64,000 nt of DNA. Source: Dehalococcoidia bacterium. Lineage in GTDB: Bacteria; Chloroflexota; Dehalococcoidia; Bin125. The notes beneath the pieces are model-generated. The model saw only the letters and a list, made by a program, of their open reading frames with translations. It ran no database searches and had not been told where the DNA came from. Made by a program: the position numbers and the translations under genes. Within the stretch, counting starts at the first letter, position 1, and each line of letters opens with the position of its first letter. The stretch covers positions 785,365 through 849,364 of the forward strand of contig OZ253504.1 in NCBI GenBank assembly GCA_965262235.1. The letters are read 5' to 3'. Positions 1 through 11,922 of the stretch are shown in pieces.

Positions 1-998
1 CGTTCGACTGCGGCTACGGGATCATGCAGATCACCAGCAAGATCATCAACGACGGCGACCCGCCGACACGCTTCGAGGCGCTGGTCGGCACGCACTTCGC
101 CTACAACATCGCGGCCGGCGCGCAGGTCCTGGCCGAGGCCTGGAACGAGCAGTTCTTCCCCGTCGTCGGCGACGCCGACCCCTCACGCATCGAGTCCTGG
201 TACTACGCGCTCTGGGCCTACAACGGCTGGGCGCTGGAGAACCACCCGGCCGGGCCGGACGTCGATCCATCCCGCACGCCCGGGTATCGCTGCGACGGCC
301 GGCGCGCGGGCTACGCCTATCAGGAGCTGGTACTCGGCTGCATCGCGCATCCGCCGGAGGTCGATGGCAGGCCGCTCTGGGAGGCCGTTGATGTCGCGCT
401 GCCCGACCTCGACGTGCTGGCCGCGCAGGGCGGCCCGCTCGACCCGGTGCACTTCTACGAAGGCTGGAACCGGCTGCGCTCGTCGGCATTCATGCTCGAC
501 GCGGGCGCATCGGCGTTCGCTGAGATGGACATGCCGCTGCCTTCGGCGAGCCGCATCCACGAAGGACCAGACCTCGGCGGCGCGGCGGGTCGGCAGCTGC
601 GCGAGCGCGTCGTCGGCGCCCCGCTGCTCGAGCTCGATGTCGAGGAGCTGGAACTCGCATCGTCGGACGGTCCCCAGTCGGCCGCGACGCTGGTGATCGG
701 AAACGGCGGCAGCGGGCTGCTGCCGTGGCGCGTCGCCGAAGCGCCGTCGTGGCTGGATTTCGATGTCTCGGCGGGCGTCGCCGTCGGTGGCGGCGACTGG
801 TTCGCGAGGGGCGGCGCTGAGCTGCCCTCGGTGCTCCGCGTGCGCGCCTCCGCGGGCGGCGTGCCGGAGGGCGAGCACGTCGGCGAGCTGCGCCTCGAGG
901 CGTCGCTCGTGGACGGTTCAACGACCGAGCGGACTGTTACCGTCTACCTCAACAAGCTCGGCGCAGCGTCCTACCGCGCAGGCACGCCACAGAGCTGA
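1..998 (+). CDS. 5'-truncated lytic transglycosylase (SLT-like) protein with C-terminal BACON/Ig-like domain
   Basis: Frame is open from the window start (FDCGYGIMQIT); SLT-like motifs GIMQI, YNIAAGAQVL, ALWAYNG; beta-rich C-terminus (LPWRVAEAPSWL). Confidence 0.55.
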   Translation, partial: FDCGYGIMQITSKIINDGDPPTRFEALVGTHFAYNIAAGAQVLAEAWNEQFFPVVGDADPSRIESWYYALWAYNGWALENHPAGPDVDPSRTPGYRCDGRRAGYAYQELVLGCIAHPPEVDGRPLWEAVDVALPDLDVLAAQGGPLDPVHFYEGWNRLRSSAFMLDAGASAFAEMDMPLPSASRIHEGPDLGGAAGRQLRERVVGAPLLELDVEELELASSDGPQSAATLVIGNGGSGLLPWRVAEAPSWLDFDVSAGVAVGGGDWFARGGAELPSVLRVRASAGGVPEGEHVGELRLEASLVDGSTTERTVTVYLNKLGAASYRAGTPQS

Positions 999-1004
999 GC
1001 CCGC

Positions 1005-1080
1005 GCCCCTGTAGCTCAACGGATAGAGCGGCGGACTTCTAATCCGCAGGCTGGAGGTTCAAATCCTCCCAGGGGCGCCA
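1005..1080 (+). tRNA. tRNA-Arg(TCT)
   Basis: Acceptor GCCCCTG/CAGGGGC, anticodon arm GCGGA-CTTCTAA-TCCGC, T-loop TTCAAAT, encoded CCA. Confidence 0.95.
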
Positions 1081-1360
1081 CCGCTGATCATTCTTATTCA
1101 GGCCCCCGTAGCGAAGGATCGAGTCGCCGCCCGACTTGTGCAGCTGGTCGCGGCTGCTGGCGCGGCTGTCTGAGGGGACTTCGCGCCCGCCGGGGGGGGG
1201 GACGAACGATCGGGGTCGCAGCCAACTCTAATGCGAAGAAGAACTGCGACGCGGCCTCTCGCTCTCGGTCCTGCCTGTCTATTTCGCGCCTACGGTTCCC
1301 CGCGAGCGGAGGACCGATCGCACCACCGGGCCCCATTCCAAGCCTTCACGTCACGCGTCG

Positions 1361-1389
1361 TTGCACGTCCCAGCGTCTCCGAATATAAT
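1361..1389 (+). promoter_or_regulatory. sigma70-type promoter, probably giving a leaderless transcript
   Basis: TTGCAC (1361-1366), 17-nt spacer, TATAAT (1384-1389); the GTG start at 1396 follows after 6 nt. Confidence 0.75.
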
Positions 1390-1395
1390 GGCTGA

Positions 1396-2823
1396 GTGCC
1401 TACGCTCCTACACATTTCAGACCTGCATCGCACCTCAGGCCCTCGCGTCCGCAACGATGAGTTGTTCGCGGCCATGGCAAGTGACGCCAAGAGGTGGGCG
1501 GATGAAGGAATCCCGCGTCCAGACCTAGTCGTCGTGAGCGGTGACTTAGTGCAAGGGGTGGGACTGGACACTGGTGACCCCGACGCAGAGATCGCTGCCC
1601 AATACGCCGAAGCAGGTGATCTCTTGCACCGGTTGGCGGCCGAATTCGTCAACTCTGACCGCTCGCGTGTGCTCATCGTGCCCGGCAACCACGACGTCCA
1701 TTGGGGGCGCGCCAAGAGCGCGATGGCGCCCCTTCCAGACTGCCCCAGAGGTGTTGCAACACAGGCCTACCAGCCCGACTCGCAAATCCGCTGGAACTGG
1801 GAAGACCAATCAGCGTACAGGATTACGGACCGGCAGAGGTACGGCTCACGTTACGATCACTTCCGTCAGTTTCGGACGGACTTTTACGCTGGGACCGGCC
1901 CCAACCCCCAACTACACCCTGATACGGATTTGATCTTTGCCGAGTACCCGTCGCTTCGCCTGGCAGTTGTCGGGTTCGCTTCGTGGCATGGCAACGATTG
2001 CTTCTGCCATATCGGCGAGATTGACCCCGCGGCGGTCGCCGCATCGCAGCAGTTGCTTTCGGACTCATCGGCCGTGGTATCGGTAGCCATGTGGCATCAC
2101 AGCATCGAGGGCGGCCCTCTCGCGCAGGACTACATGGACCGCCGTGTCGTTCACAGGCTCATCGACTTCGGGTTCAATATCGGGCTCCACGGACATCAGC
2201 ACTATCCCGGTGCCGCACCGTACGACCTTCGCCTCCCAAACCGAACGTCGATGGTCGTGGTTGGTGCGGGCTCGCTTGCCGTCGGGGACTCGGAACTCCC
2301 CGCAGGTGAACGTCGCCAGTTCAACATCGTTCATGTTGACACGACGAAGGGCTCGATCACAGTTCATGTGCGAGCGATGTCGTCCGACGGTGTGTTCACG
2401 GGTTCGCACCGAGATGATTTCGGTGGCAAAACGTCTATCACGCTCGAACTCCCGATCTCAAGCGCCAGTCCTCCAAGACCCACATCAACGAGCTTGCTCG
2501 ACGAGGCAATCGCGGCGGTAGGGCGCCAACACTATGCGAGAGCCCTAGAACTCGTTCACGCCATCGGCGGCTCTTCGCATACGTACGCGAAGCGCCAAAT
2601 CACTATTGAGGCTCTGGGAGGTCTCGGGCACGTTGACGAGCTGCTCCAAGTTCTGACTCCTCCTCAGAACGCGGACGAGGCCATGAGAGCGCTGTCATTG
2701 CTCCTTGCAACCGACCGCTATGACGAATCACTGGCAATGCTTGAAGCCTCAACGGAGTTGCTGGATCCCGGTACTTACAGGGCACTAGCCGAGCAGATAG
2801 CCGTCAGAAAGGCGATCTCATGA
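1396..2823 (+). CDS. Calcineurin-like metallophosphoesterase with C-terminal helical/TPR-like region
   Basis: All five MPE motifs: HISDLH, SGDL, PGNHD, WHH, HGHQH; helical tail of about 110 aa. Confidence 0.85.
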   Translation: MPTLLHISDLHRTSGPRVRNDELFAAMASDAKRWADEGIPRPDLVVVSGDLVQGVGLDTGDPDAEIAAQYAEAGDLLHRLAAEFVNSDRSRVLIVPGNHDVHWGRAKSAMAPLPDCPRGVATQAYQPDSQIRWNWEDQSAYRITDRQRYGSRYDHFRQFRTDFYAGTGPNPQLHPDTDLIFAEYPSLRLAVVGFASWHGNDCFCHIGEIDPAAVAASQQLLSDSSAVVSVAMWHHSIEGGPLAQDYMDRRVVHRLIDFGFNIGLHGHQHYPGAAPYDLRLPNRTSMVVVGAGSLAVGDSELPAGERRQFNIVHVDTTKGSITVHVRAMSSDGVFTGSHRDDFGGKTSITLELPISSASPPRPTSTSLLDEAIAAVGRQHYARALELVHAIGGSSHTYAKRQITIEALGGLGHVDELLQVLTPPQNADEAMRALSLLLATDRYDESLAMLEASTELLDPGTYRALAEQIAVRKAIS

Positions 2824-5126
2824 CGAAAGCTGAGCGGAAGATCGCCTTCAAGGTCGAGTTTTCTCGAATCCTTGAGCTTCTCGCCGATCAGATTTACCAG
2901 TCGCCACTCGCCCTCCTCCGGGAGAACACACAGAATGCATTCGACGCAATTCGCATGCGGGAGGCCGAGGCTCAGCCATTCGAGCCCTCAATAGCAGTGC
3001 AGGTTGACGATGAGCTGATCACGGTCGTGGACAACGGAATCGGGATGACTCCGGAGGAGATCGAAACACACTTCTGGTGGGCGGGTAGGAGCGGGAAGAA
3101 CACAGACGCTGCCCGCGCTGCCGGTGTCGTCGGCACATTTGGCATCGGTGCTCTCGCCAACTTCGGTGTTGCTGACGAGCTTTCAGTCGAAAGCCAGTCA
3201 GCGATCACCGGCGAACGCACCCTCTCAAACGTCCGAAGGTCAGAGTTGTCAACCGAGACTGAGGGAATCTCAGTCATGCCGATTGATCCAACCGAACTCC
3301 CTGGGACCATTGTGCGGGCCCGGCTCAGCGCTGAGCGAAAGATATCGCTCCAGGAGGCAAGGGCATATCTCAAGGAATTCGTGCAGTTCGTGGATGTACC
3401 CGTTTGGTTCAATGGGGAGATGCTCAGCGGTGCTCGACACCGGGATGCGCTCCCCTCCGAGAGACACAAGTGGGCCGAATCCCTCGAAGGCGTGTCGCTA
3501 CCAGGCATCGTCTCAGCTGATCTGGATCTGACGGGAATGGCATCGGGCGAGCTCCGCGTGGTGCTCGAGAACATACGAACAACGATGGGTGTCGGCAGGC
3601 CCGGCTCCATCGTCCTCATCCAAGGGCAAAACGCGATCAGAACCCTACGATCGGGGTTCGGTCTGGCCACCGTCGCCGTGCCGTCTTACTATCAATGGGG
3701 AGGCGTGATTGATCTTCCCTTCCTCAAGCCCACCGCAGGGCGCGAGGCTCTCGACGCCTCTTCGAATCAGCTGCTCCAGCAGATCGTCGCATCCCTCGAC
3801 GAAATAGTCTCGCCGCTCGCGGCGCAGCACCCTGAATCATTTTCCAACGGGAGCGTTCTCCAGTGGATCGCTTCGACGGAGCAATTTCACCTCTGCGGTC
3901 CACTTGAGGTCACGCTTCGTCCCGCGCGAAACGTCGAAACACTTGCATCAGCGGTACAGCGCAGTCACCTTCGATACTACGGCGGAAACGATCAGTCGGT
4001 GATTGACACATACACAAGCGAAGATCAGCCGCTCTTGCTCCTATCTAGGCGCTCGCCGCGTCGTGCCTGTGAACTCGGCTACTTGGTCACAAAGAACATC
4101 GAGCAAGTCGACACCACGCCCCGGGTCAAGGAGGAACTTCCGTTAGGAAGCCAGAGCATCGCTCACACGGCGCTTTCAACCCGGATCACGAGAGTGCTTG
4201 AAGAGGATTATTTCCTCGCGGCCGACATTCGCTACGGTGCATTGACGGGAGGCTTGCCTCTCCTCGTCACTGACAGGGAAACTCCCGTAGTGCTGTACTT
4301 GGACGCGGCGTATCCTGGCGTTGCGACTCTTCTCGCCCTCTATCGCGACGACTTTGTGTCGTTCGGGCCCTTGGTGAAGGACTTTGTGCGTCACTCCGTT
4401 TTCCCGCGCATATCCCACCTTGTGCCTAGCAGTACCAAGGAAGGAGCCGAGGCCTTTTTGCGGCATCTGCGCACGAATCGAGAATGGTTCGAGTACGAGC
4501 TCGACGACAGAGCGGATCTTGAAGAGATTCTCGAGGAGATACGAGCGGGCAGGCTAACACTTGCGGCGGCGACGAGGAAATTGACCGATGCGACCACCTC
4601 TGTGGTTGAGGTCACGCCCGGTGCCCAAGCACCTCTATCAGCAGTCATCGGTGGCATGCCGGAAGAACCCGAGGATGACAGCATGTCCGATCCCCTCGCA
4701 CCGCGCCCAAGTATCGATCGTCGAGACGAAGCTACGAGCGCTCGAATTCTTACGAGTGACGCGTCGGACCTGAACGGCTACACGTGCTTCTTGTCGATTA
4801 GCGATCGGGTCCAGCGCGAAAAGGGAGACTTTTTCTTACAGCCCCATTCAACCGCAATTGTGTGGGGTGGCGGAAAAGTTGTGTTTGTGTTCCAGCACCA
4901 CTCTGGCCAGTTTGGCCTGTACTATGACATCCTCTGTCAGAGTCTTGTCGCGGAAACGGCCGGAGGTGGCCCCACAGTCACATCGACGATACTCACGAAA
5001 GATCGCACATTCATTCCGATACCGGACGAACTTTCCGCCTCGTTTCTCCCTAACCCCGGAGAGACTAAACGCCTCGAAATTAGATGCGATGTCCTGTATC
5101 TGGACGAGCACAAGCGCCCTGCCTGA
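2820..5126 (+). CDS. Hsp90-like GHKL ATPase with an unrecognised ~550-aa C-terminal region
   Basis: FKVEFSRILELL..IY, LRENTQNAFDA, DNGIGMT, GRSGK, GTFGIG, GTIV; ATGA overlap with the upstream gene. Confidence 0.85.
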   Translation: MTKAERKIAFKVEFSRILELLADQIYQSPLALLRENTQNAFDAIRMREAEAQPFEPSIAVQVDDELITVVDNGIGMTPEEIETHFWWAGRSGKNTDAARAAGVVGTFGIGALANFGVADELSVESQSAITGERTLSNVRRSELSTETEGISVMPIDPTELPGTIVRARLSAERKISLQEARAYLKEFVQFVDVPVWFNGEMLSGARHRDALPSERHKWAESLEGVSLPGIVSADLDLTGMASGELRVVLENIRTTMGVGRPGSIVLIQGQNAIRTLRSGFGLATVAVPSYYQWGGVIDLPFLKPTAGREALDASSNQLLQQIVASLDEIVSPLAAQHPESFSNGSVLQWIASTEQFHLCGPLEVTLRPARNVETLASAVQRSHLRYYGGNDQSVIDTYTSEDQPLLLLSRRSPRRACELGYLVTKNIEQVDTTPRVKEELPLGSQSIAHTALSTRITRVLEEDYFLAADIRYGALTGGLPLLVTDRETPVVLYLDAAYPGVATLLALYRDDFVSFGPLVKDFVRHSVFPRISHLVPSSTKEGAEAFLRHLRTNREWFEYELDDRADLEEILEEIRAGRLTLAAATRKLTDATTSVVEVTPGAQAPLSAVIGGMPEEPEDDSMSDPLAPRPSIDRRDEATSARILTSDASDLNGYTCFLSISDRVQREKGDFFLQPHSTAIVWGGGKVVFVFQHHSGQFGLYYDILCQSLVAETAGGGPTVTSTILTKDRTFIPIPDELSASFLPNPGETKRLEIRCDVLYLDEHKRPA

Positions 5127-5432
5127 TCGTCCCGGGACGTTGGCCATTGGTCTACTCCGTGCCACTTGACGCGCCGCGCACCGCAGGAGCGACCCCCCGA
5201 CCGAGGTCGCTCGTCGCGATCTTCGATATCGGCGAGTTCTCGCCGCATCGCGTTGCCCGCGCATGCATGATGGCCGTGGACGCTAGGAAAGGCCCTCGCA
5301 CCAACCCTTGATGGCCCCACAGTTGCCGCTCGAGCGGAAGATCGAGTCTCGCTCACACAGACTGTGCAAGTCGAACGCGGCAAGATGCCCGATCAAGCCG
5401 ACCATGACCGAAACGTCATTCCCCCTACCCCC

Positions 5433-6371
5433 CTACCCACCCACCCAGGCGTCTGCGGCGGAATGCGGGTCCGTTGCGCGATCTGCTACGCGGTGCGTTA
5501 GCTCCTCGAGACGGCCCTCGCCCATCTCGCTGAGTAGACCGGCCAGCACCCGACCCCTTGCCAGCGCGACGATCTGCTGGCGCGCCCGCGCCGCCTCGCT
5601 TGAGGCCATCTTGCCTGTTTCGATCAGGTGCGCGTAATGGGTCTCGCACGCGTCGGCGAGCGCCTCAATCCCATCGCCCTGCGTCGCGATCATCCGCAGC
5701 ACCGGCGGTTCCCAGCTCTGATCGGGCGCCAGCGAGAGCAACGCCTTCAGCGCGCTGACCATCCGGGCGGCGCCCGGCAGGTCAGCCTTGTTCACGCCCA
5801 GCACGTCGGCGATCTCCATGATCCCGGCCTTCAGCGTCTGCACCTCGTCGCCCATGTTCGGCGTGTTGAGCAGCACCGTCGTCTGCGCGGTTGAGGCGAT
5901 CTCGACCTCATCCTGGCCCGCGCCGACCGTCTCAATCAGCACCACATCCTTGCCGAACGCGTCGAACACGTGCACCACATCCTGCGTCGCCGCCGAGAGA
6001 CCGCCCAGCGTGCCGCGGCTGGCCAGGCTGCGAATGAACACGTCCGGGTCCGAGTGCAGCTCCGCCATCCGCACCCGGTCGCCCAGAATCGCCCCCTGCG
6101 TGTACGGGCTGGACGGGTCGACCGCGACGATCCCAATCGTCTGCCCACGCGCGCGGCAGACCTTGGCCAGCTCGTTCGTGACCGTGCTCTTGCCCGCCCC
6201 CGGCGAGCCGGTCAGGCCGATGATCCGTGCCCGCCCGCTGCGTGGATACAGCCGCCGCGACATCTCACGCCCGCGCGCGTCGCCGTTCTCAACCCACGTG
6301 AGCACGCGCGACAGCGCGCGGCGGTCGCCGCCGAGCAGCAGCGACTCGAGCTCGTCGAGCCGCTCGCTCAC
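5433..6371 (-). CDS. meaB: Methylmalonyl-CoA mutase-associated GTPase MeaB
   Basis: [38 protein letters not shown]. Confidence 0.93.
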   Translation of the reverse strand: MSERLDELESLLLGGDRRALSRVLTWVENGDARGREMSRRLYPRSGRARIIGLTGSPGAGKSTVTNELAKVCRARGQTIGIVAVDPSSPYTQGAILGDRVRMAELHSDPDVFIRSLASRGTLGGLSAATQDVVHVFDAFGKDVVLIETVGAGQDEVEIASTAQTTVLLNTPNMGDEVQTLKAGIMEIADVLGVNKADLPGAARMVSALKALLSLAPDQSWEPPVLRMIATQGDGIEALADACETHYAHLIETGKMASSEAARARQQIVALARGRVLAGLLSEMGEGRLEELTHRVADRATDPHSAADAWVGG

Positions 6372-6790
6372 GACCGGTCGAGCGCCGGCACGTGTTCGCG
6401 CACGTACTCCGCGATGTCGCCCGTATGCGACCCCGGCCCGAACACCGCGCTGAATCCCACGCCCTGCAGCGTTCGAGCATCGTCGTCGGGAATGATCCCG
6501 CCGCCCAGAAACAGCGTGTTCTCCGGCGTGATCCCCCGCTCGCGGCAGGCCGCCACGATGCGCGGAAACAGTTCCAGATGCGCACCCGAAAGCACCGACA
6601 GCGCCACCACGTGAACGTCCTCCTGCAGCGCCGCCTCAGCGATCATGTCCGGGGTCTGGCGAATGCCCGTGTAGATCACTTCCATCCCGGCGTCGCGCAA
6701 CGCGCGCGCCACGATCTTCGCCCCGCGGTCGTGACCATCGAGGCCCGGCTTCGCCACCAACACGCGAATCTTGTCCTGCGTCGTCGTCAT
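6368..6790 (-). CDS. Methylmalonyl-CoA mutase cobalamin-binding (small) subunit
   Basis: [26 protein letters not shown]12-binding motifs. Confidence 0.93.
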   Translation of the reverse strand: MTTTQDKIRVLVAKPGLDGHDRGAKIVARALRDAGMEVIYTGIRQTPDMIAEAALQEDVHVVALSVLSGAHLELFPRIVAACRERGITPENTLFLGGGIIPDDDARTLQGVGFSAVFGPGSHTGDIAEYVREHVPALDRS

Positions 6791-6948
6791 CCGTCATGAC
6801 CTCCGCTGCGACCGCCAGCGCTTGCCGGGCAGCTTAAGCCCTCCGCTGCGAGAGCGGCCACACTCGCCCGTCCCATCCGCCATGCGGGAGGTCAGATCGG
6901 CTAACGTCCGGCCTGAGCCGTCTCATTCACGCTAGCGGGGACCGCGAG

Positions 6949-7470
6949 ATGACGAGACTCAGAACGACGGTCCTGCTCCTGCTCATCGCCGCGCTCGGCG
7001 CCGGAGTCGCGATCGGCTGGGCCGCCAGTCAAAGCAACGAAGTCGAGGTGCGCGTCGTCGCGCGGTCGCACGCCGACGGGCGGATCGAGATCGCCGTTGA
7101 GCACGATGGCCAGCGGCTGCTCCCAAGCCAGCGCTACGTCACACCGGAGCTGACGCGCACCCGAGTTGGCGTCTGGCTGCGCAGCTCGCCCGTCACCCTC
7201 GACCTGTGCGACGACGACGACCGCTACGACGACGACGACCGGTATGACGATGATGACGGGTACGACGACGACTGCGACGACGAACGTGATGACGATGACC
7301 GCCACGGCGGCGGACACGATGACGACGACGACGATGATGACCGCGGCGGCGGCGGACACGATGACGACGACGACGACGATGACCGCGGCGGCGGCGGACA
7401 CGATGACGATGACGACGATGACCGCGACGGCGGCGGACACGATGACGACGACGACGACGACGACGACTGA
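6949..7470 (+). CDS. Secreted protein with Asp-rich repetitive tail
   Basis: Signal peptide-like N-terminus, ~55-aa beta-rich domain, then (RGGGGHD7-8)-like repeats. Confidence 0.6.
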   Translation: MTRLRTTVLLLLIAALGAGVAIGWAASQSNEVEVRVVARSHADGRIEIAVEHDGQRLLPSQRYVTPELTRTRVGVWLRSSPVTLDLCDDDDRYDDDDRYDDDDGYDDDCDDERDDDDRHGGGHDDDDDDDDRGGGGHDDDDDDDDRGGGGHDDDDDDDRDGGGHDDDDDDDDD

Positions 7471-7600
7471 TAGCCGCCGCCGTGCGGCGGCAAGAACGGC
7501 CTCAGAGCCTGTCGGCCTCAGGGATGTTCAGCGCTCGCCCGGCCGCAACAGTCATCGCGGCCGGAGACACGCGAGCTGTTCCGGTTGAGCCGTCCGCGGG

Positions 7601-8416
7601 CTACGCGCCCGACAGCCGCAGCCTCGTCCGATACGTTCCCCGCGGCGAGATGAACCCGCCCTGCTCGGCGTCCGTCACCGTGATCCCGTGCTCGCGCAGC
7701 ATCGCCACTGCCGCCGCAGGGTCGCGCACCGTCAGCGCCGCCATGAACATCCCCTCGCCGCGCTGCAGCTGACGCTGGAGCGGCCCCTCCGCCGCGCCCG
7801 GCAGGCCCGTCACCAGCTCGATGTCGGTCCCGCCCAGATGCATGAACTGCGCGTCGATCCCCAGCGCTTCGTTCGCTCCGCGACGCGTCGCCGCCATCCC
7901 GTACTTGGCCGCCAACTCATCGCGCACCCCATCGACATCGTGCACCGCGACCGTCATGTGATGCAGCGCATGCGGCGACGCGTCACCGCTCGGTCCCATG
8001 TGCCGCGGCGCGTCGGCCGGTGGCTGCGCAAACTCCACGAGCACGCCATGATTCTCGCGCGGATGGATGAACCCAATCATCCCCGTCAGCCCCTGACGCG
8101 GCTCGGTGTCGATCATCTCCATGCCCGAAGCAGCCGCGGCCTTCAGATCGGCGGCGACATCCGTCGATTCGAAGCAGATGTGGTGAAACCCGGCCCCGTT
8201 GGTCTCGATGTACTTCGCGATCCCCGTGTCCGGCCGGGTTGGTTGCAACAGCTCGATCTCGCAGTTGTCGAGCGGGAAGATCACCCCACGCACCCCGTGT
8301 GCCTCCAGCTCCATATCCAGCGCGACCTCGAGTCCGAACACGTCCTGCCACAACTTGCCCGCCTCGTCGGCGTCCTCAACCGCAATCCCGATGTGATGAA
8401 TCCTCGTCAGCGCCAT
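7601..8416 (-). CDS. mce: Methylmalonyl-CoA epimerase with a second VOC domain
   Basis: IHHIGIAV, IELLQP, GFHHICF, FIHP..HGVLVEF; mutase cluster context. Confidence 0.8.
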   Translation of the reverse strand: MALTRIHHIGIAVEDADEAGKLWQDVFGLEVALDMELEAHGVRGVIFPLDNCEIELLQPTRPDTGIAKYIETNGAGFHHICFESTDVAADLKAAAASGMEMIDTEPRQGLTGMIGFIHPRENHGVLVEFAQPPADAPRHMGPSGDASPHALHHMTVAVHDVDGVRDELAAKYGMAATRRGANEALGIDAQFMHLGGTDIELVTGLPGAAEGPLQRQLQRGEGMFMAALTVRDPAAAVAMLREHGITVTDAEQGGFISPRGTYRTRLRLSGA

Positions 8417-8430
8417 GGCTTACTCCTTTG

Positions 8431-8940
8431 TCACTCTCGCTGAGCAGTATCGCCCCGCGACGCGATCCACGCTTCGAGCTGCTTGCGATGCTCCCGATCG
8501 TGCTCCAGCGCCACCCCCAGCAGGATCCGCACGGCGTTGCCCGCGGTCTCCAGGTCGCGGTCGGCGACCTCCTTGAGCAGCTCCCGACTCTCCGCCCGGT
8601 AGTCCTCGATCGCGCCAATCAGCGCCGACGGCTTGTGCGTCCGCAGACGCTCGACCGCCTTCCGGTTCGCCGTGTCGAGCATCTCCACCGGGAACTCCAG
8701 CAGCTCCGGCGGTTTGCCCTTCACGTACTCCTGGTAGGCCTCCAGCTCCCACGCCTCCCAGAACGTCCGATGCGCCAGCAGCTCATGGCACGACCACTCA
8801 CCCTCGCCCATCGGCTCGAGCCACAGATCCGGATTGACCCGCGCGAGCGTGCTGAGCAACCGCTCCCGCTCCACCTGCCACCAGTACCGAATCCGCTCGG
8901 CCTCTGCATACGTGCGCTGGGCGGCGCGGTCCGATGTCAT
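8431..8940 (-). CDS. DinB-family protein
   Basis: WSCHELLAH and EHDREH metal-binding pattern; helical. Confidence 0.7.
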   Translation of the reverse strand: MTSDRAAQRTYAEAERIRYWWQVERERLLSTLARVNPDLWLEPMGEGEWSCHELLAHRTFWEAWELEAYQEYVKGKPPELLEFPVEMLDTANRKAVERLRTHKPSALIGAIEDYRAESRELLKEVADRDLETAGNAVRILLGVALEHDREHRKQLEAWIASRGDTAQRE

Positions 8941-9001
8941 GCTCTCTGCCTCGTCGCAGCCCGGCGTCCGGCGCCGCGCACCCTCGCGGTCTGCACCGCG
9001 C

Positions 9002-10678
<1,677 letters not shown>

Positions 10679-10801
10679 CGCCTTCTCCAGTCGTGTCCTC
10701 GGACGAGGCGCCACAACACGGCGCATCGCCGTTGCGGGCAGCTCTGCAGACGCGCTTACCCAGAGGCTACTAGAGGCCGATCTGGGCTGCAGCGCTCGAA
10801 A

Positions 10802-11461
10802 TCAGGCCGGCGCAATCTCGCGCAGGCGCTCGACTCGATGGTCAATGATCGACGCCCACTCACCGTCCGCCATCTCCGCTTCCACGACTTCGCCGACGTA
10901 GGCGCTCGGAATCACGATGTCCGGCTCGAGGTCCCGCAGCGTGCGCAGGCTCTCTTCCATCGCCTCGAACGTCCCCCCGTACTGTTCGACGACAAAGCAC
11001 GACCAACGCCCGTTGATCGGGAGGATCGCGTCGCCCGTGAAGAGGTAGCTCTTGCCGTGCGGCGACTGGTAGCGGAAGCTGATGCTGCCGTCGGTGTGCC
11101 CGGGCGTCTCAAGGATTTCGAGACCATCAAGCGCCGGATCGTCGCAACCCGGTCCGACGATCAGGTCCGGCTCAGCCTCAGCGCTGACCGCTCCCACCTC
11201 AAGCTCGCTGCAAGCCAGCCGCGAGCCAAACCGCTCGCGGACCTCGTGCAGCGCAGGCCCCAGCTCATCACGATGGCTGAGCACCTGCACCGCAACTCCG
11301 CCCAACGCCTCCATCGCGTCGAGGTCGTCGCCCTGCCCCTCACCCATGCCATAGATCAGCAGGTTCCCCGATGGCCGCGTCAACAAGTACGCATGCGTCC
11401 CCACCGTGTCGTCAATCGCTCGCGCCGAAGTCCGCCAAAGGTCCGGTTCAATTTGCCTCAT
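10802..11461 (-). CDS. Metallo-beta-lactamase-fold hydrolase
   Basis: LSHRDE, TPGHTDGS, LFTGD; start ATG 11461. Confidence 0.75.
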   Translation of the reverse strand: MRQIEPDLWRTSARAIDDTVGTHAYLLTRPSGNLLIYGMGEGQGDDLDAMEALGGVAVQVLSHRDELGPALHEVRERFGSRLACSELEVGAVSAEAEPDLIVGPGCDDPALDGLEILETPGHTDGSISFRYQSPHGKSYLFTGDAILPINGRWSCFVVEQYGGTFEAMEESLRTLRDLEPDIVIPSAYVGEVVEAEMADGEWASIIDHRVERLREIAPA

Positions 11462-11564
11462 GATCGTCCCCCTCCGTGACCCCCAGCGTACCGCGACGCG
11501 GAGCCCGTCCACACCCCACTCACAGAGCCCCGCTCGGGCCCGCGCTCTGGAAGCCCTCGCCCCT

Positions 11565-11690
11565 GGGAGACTTGCGCATAATCTCCATTTCCCCTCTCCC
11601 CCCGCTTGGCGGGGGGAGATGCCGAAGGCAGAGGGGGGCTGCGGTCCCGACTCACCGCCGTGGCTGTATCTGGCCAAGCCGGGGCGAGCG
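11565..11690. repeat. REP/MITE-like element (GNA-hairpin family)
   Basis: GGAGACTTGCGCATAA...CCCCTCTCCCCCGC-TTG-GCGGGGGGAGATGCCGAAGGCAGAGGGGGG; reverse-homologous to 33060-33160. Confidence 0.8.
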
Positions 11691-11893
11691 ACGGATAACC
11701 CGCACAGCACGTTCAGGAAGTTGCTCCATGAGTTGCCCATCGCGTGGACGGCCAACACGTAGAGGCTGCTGGCGTTATCAAGCGGCCGCCAGTTCAGCGA
11801 GTCGCCGTCGAGCCCCTCAAGGCAGCCCACGAACCCGTCGACGCTATTCCTGATCTCCTCCCAGAAGAGCCCAATCTCCCGCGAGCTCTGCAT
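11690..11893 (-). pseudogene. 5' fragment of a DinB/DUF664-like gene truncated by the repeat element
   Basis: LEGLDGDSLNWRP..NASSLYVLAVHAMG runs directly into repeat-derived sequence. Confidence 0.55.
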
Positions 11894-11922
11894 CGTGCCC
11901 CCTACGTGGAATCGAAGCGCCG

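Noticed and set aside
2820-5126. Housekeeping htpG
   Set aside because: Only the N-terminal ATPase domain is recognisable; composition and context are accessory-like
5127-5432. attR duplicate of the tRNA-Arg 3' end
   Set aside because: No copy of CCTCCCAGGGGCGCCA found by eye; the island's right border is undefined
7166-7588. Thr-rich, Ser-rich and Val-rich ORFs over the GAC repeat
   Set aside because: Alternative frames of the Asp-rich gene
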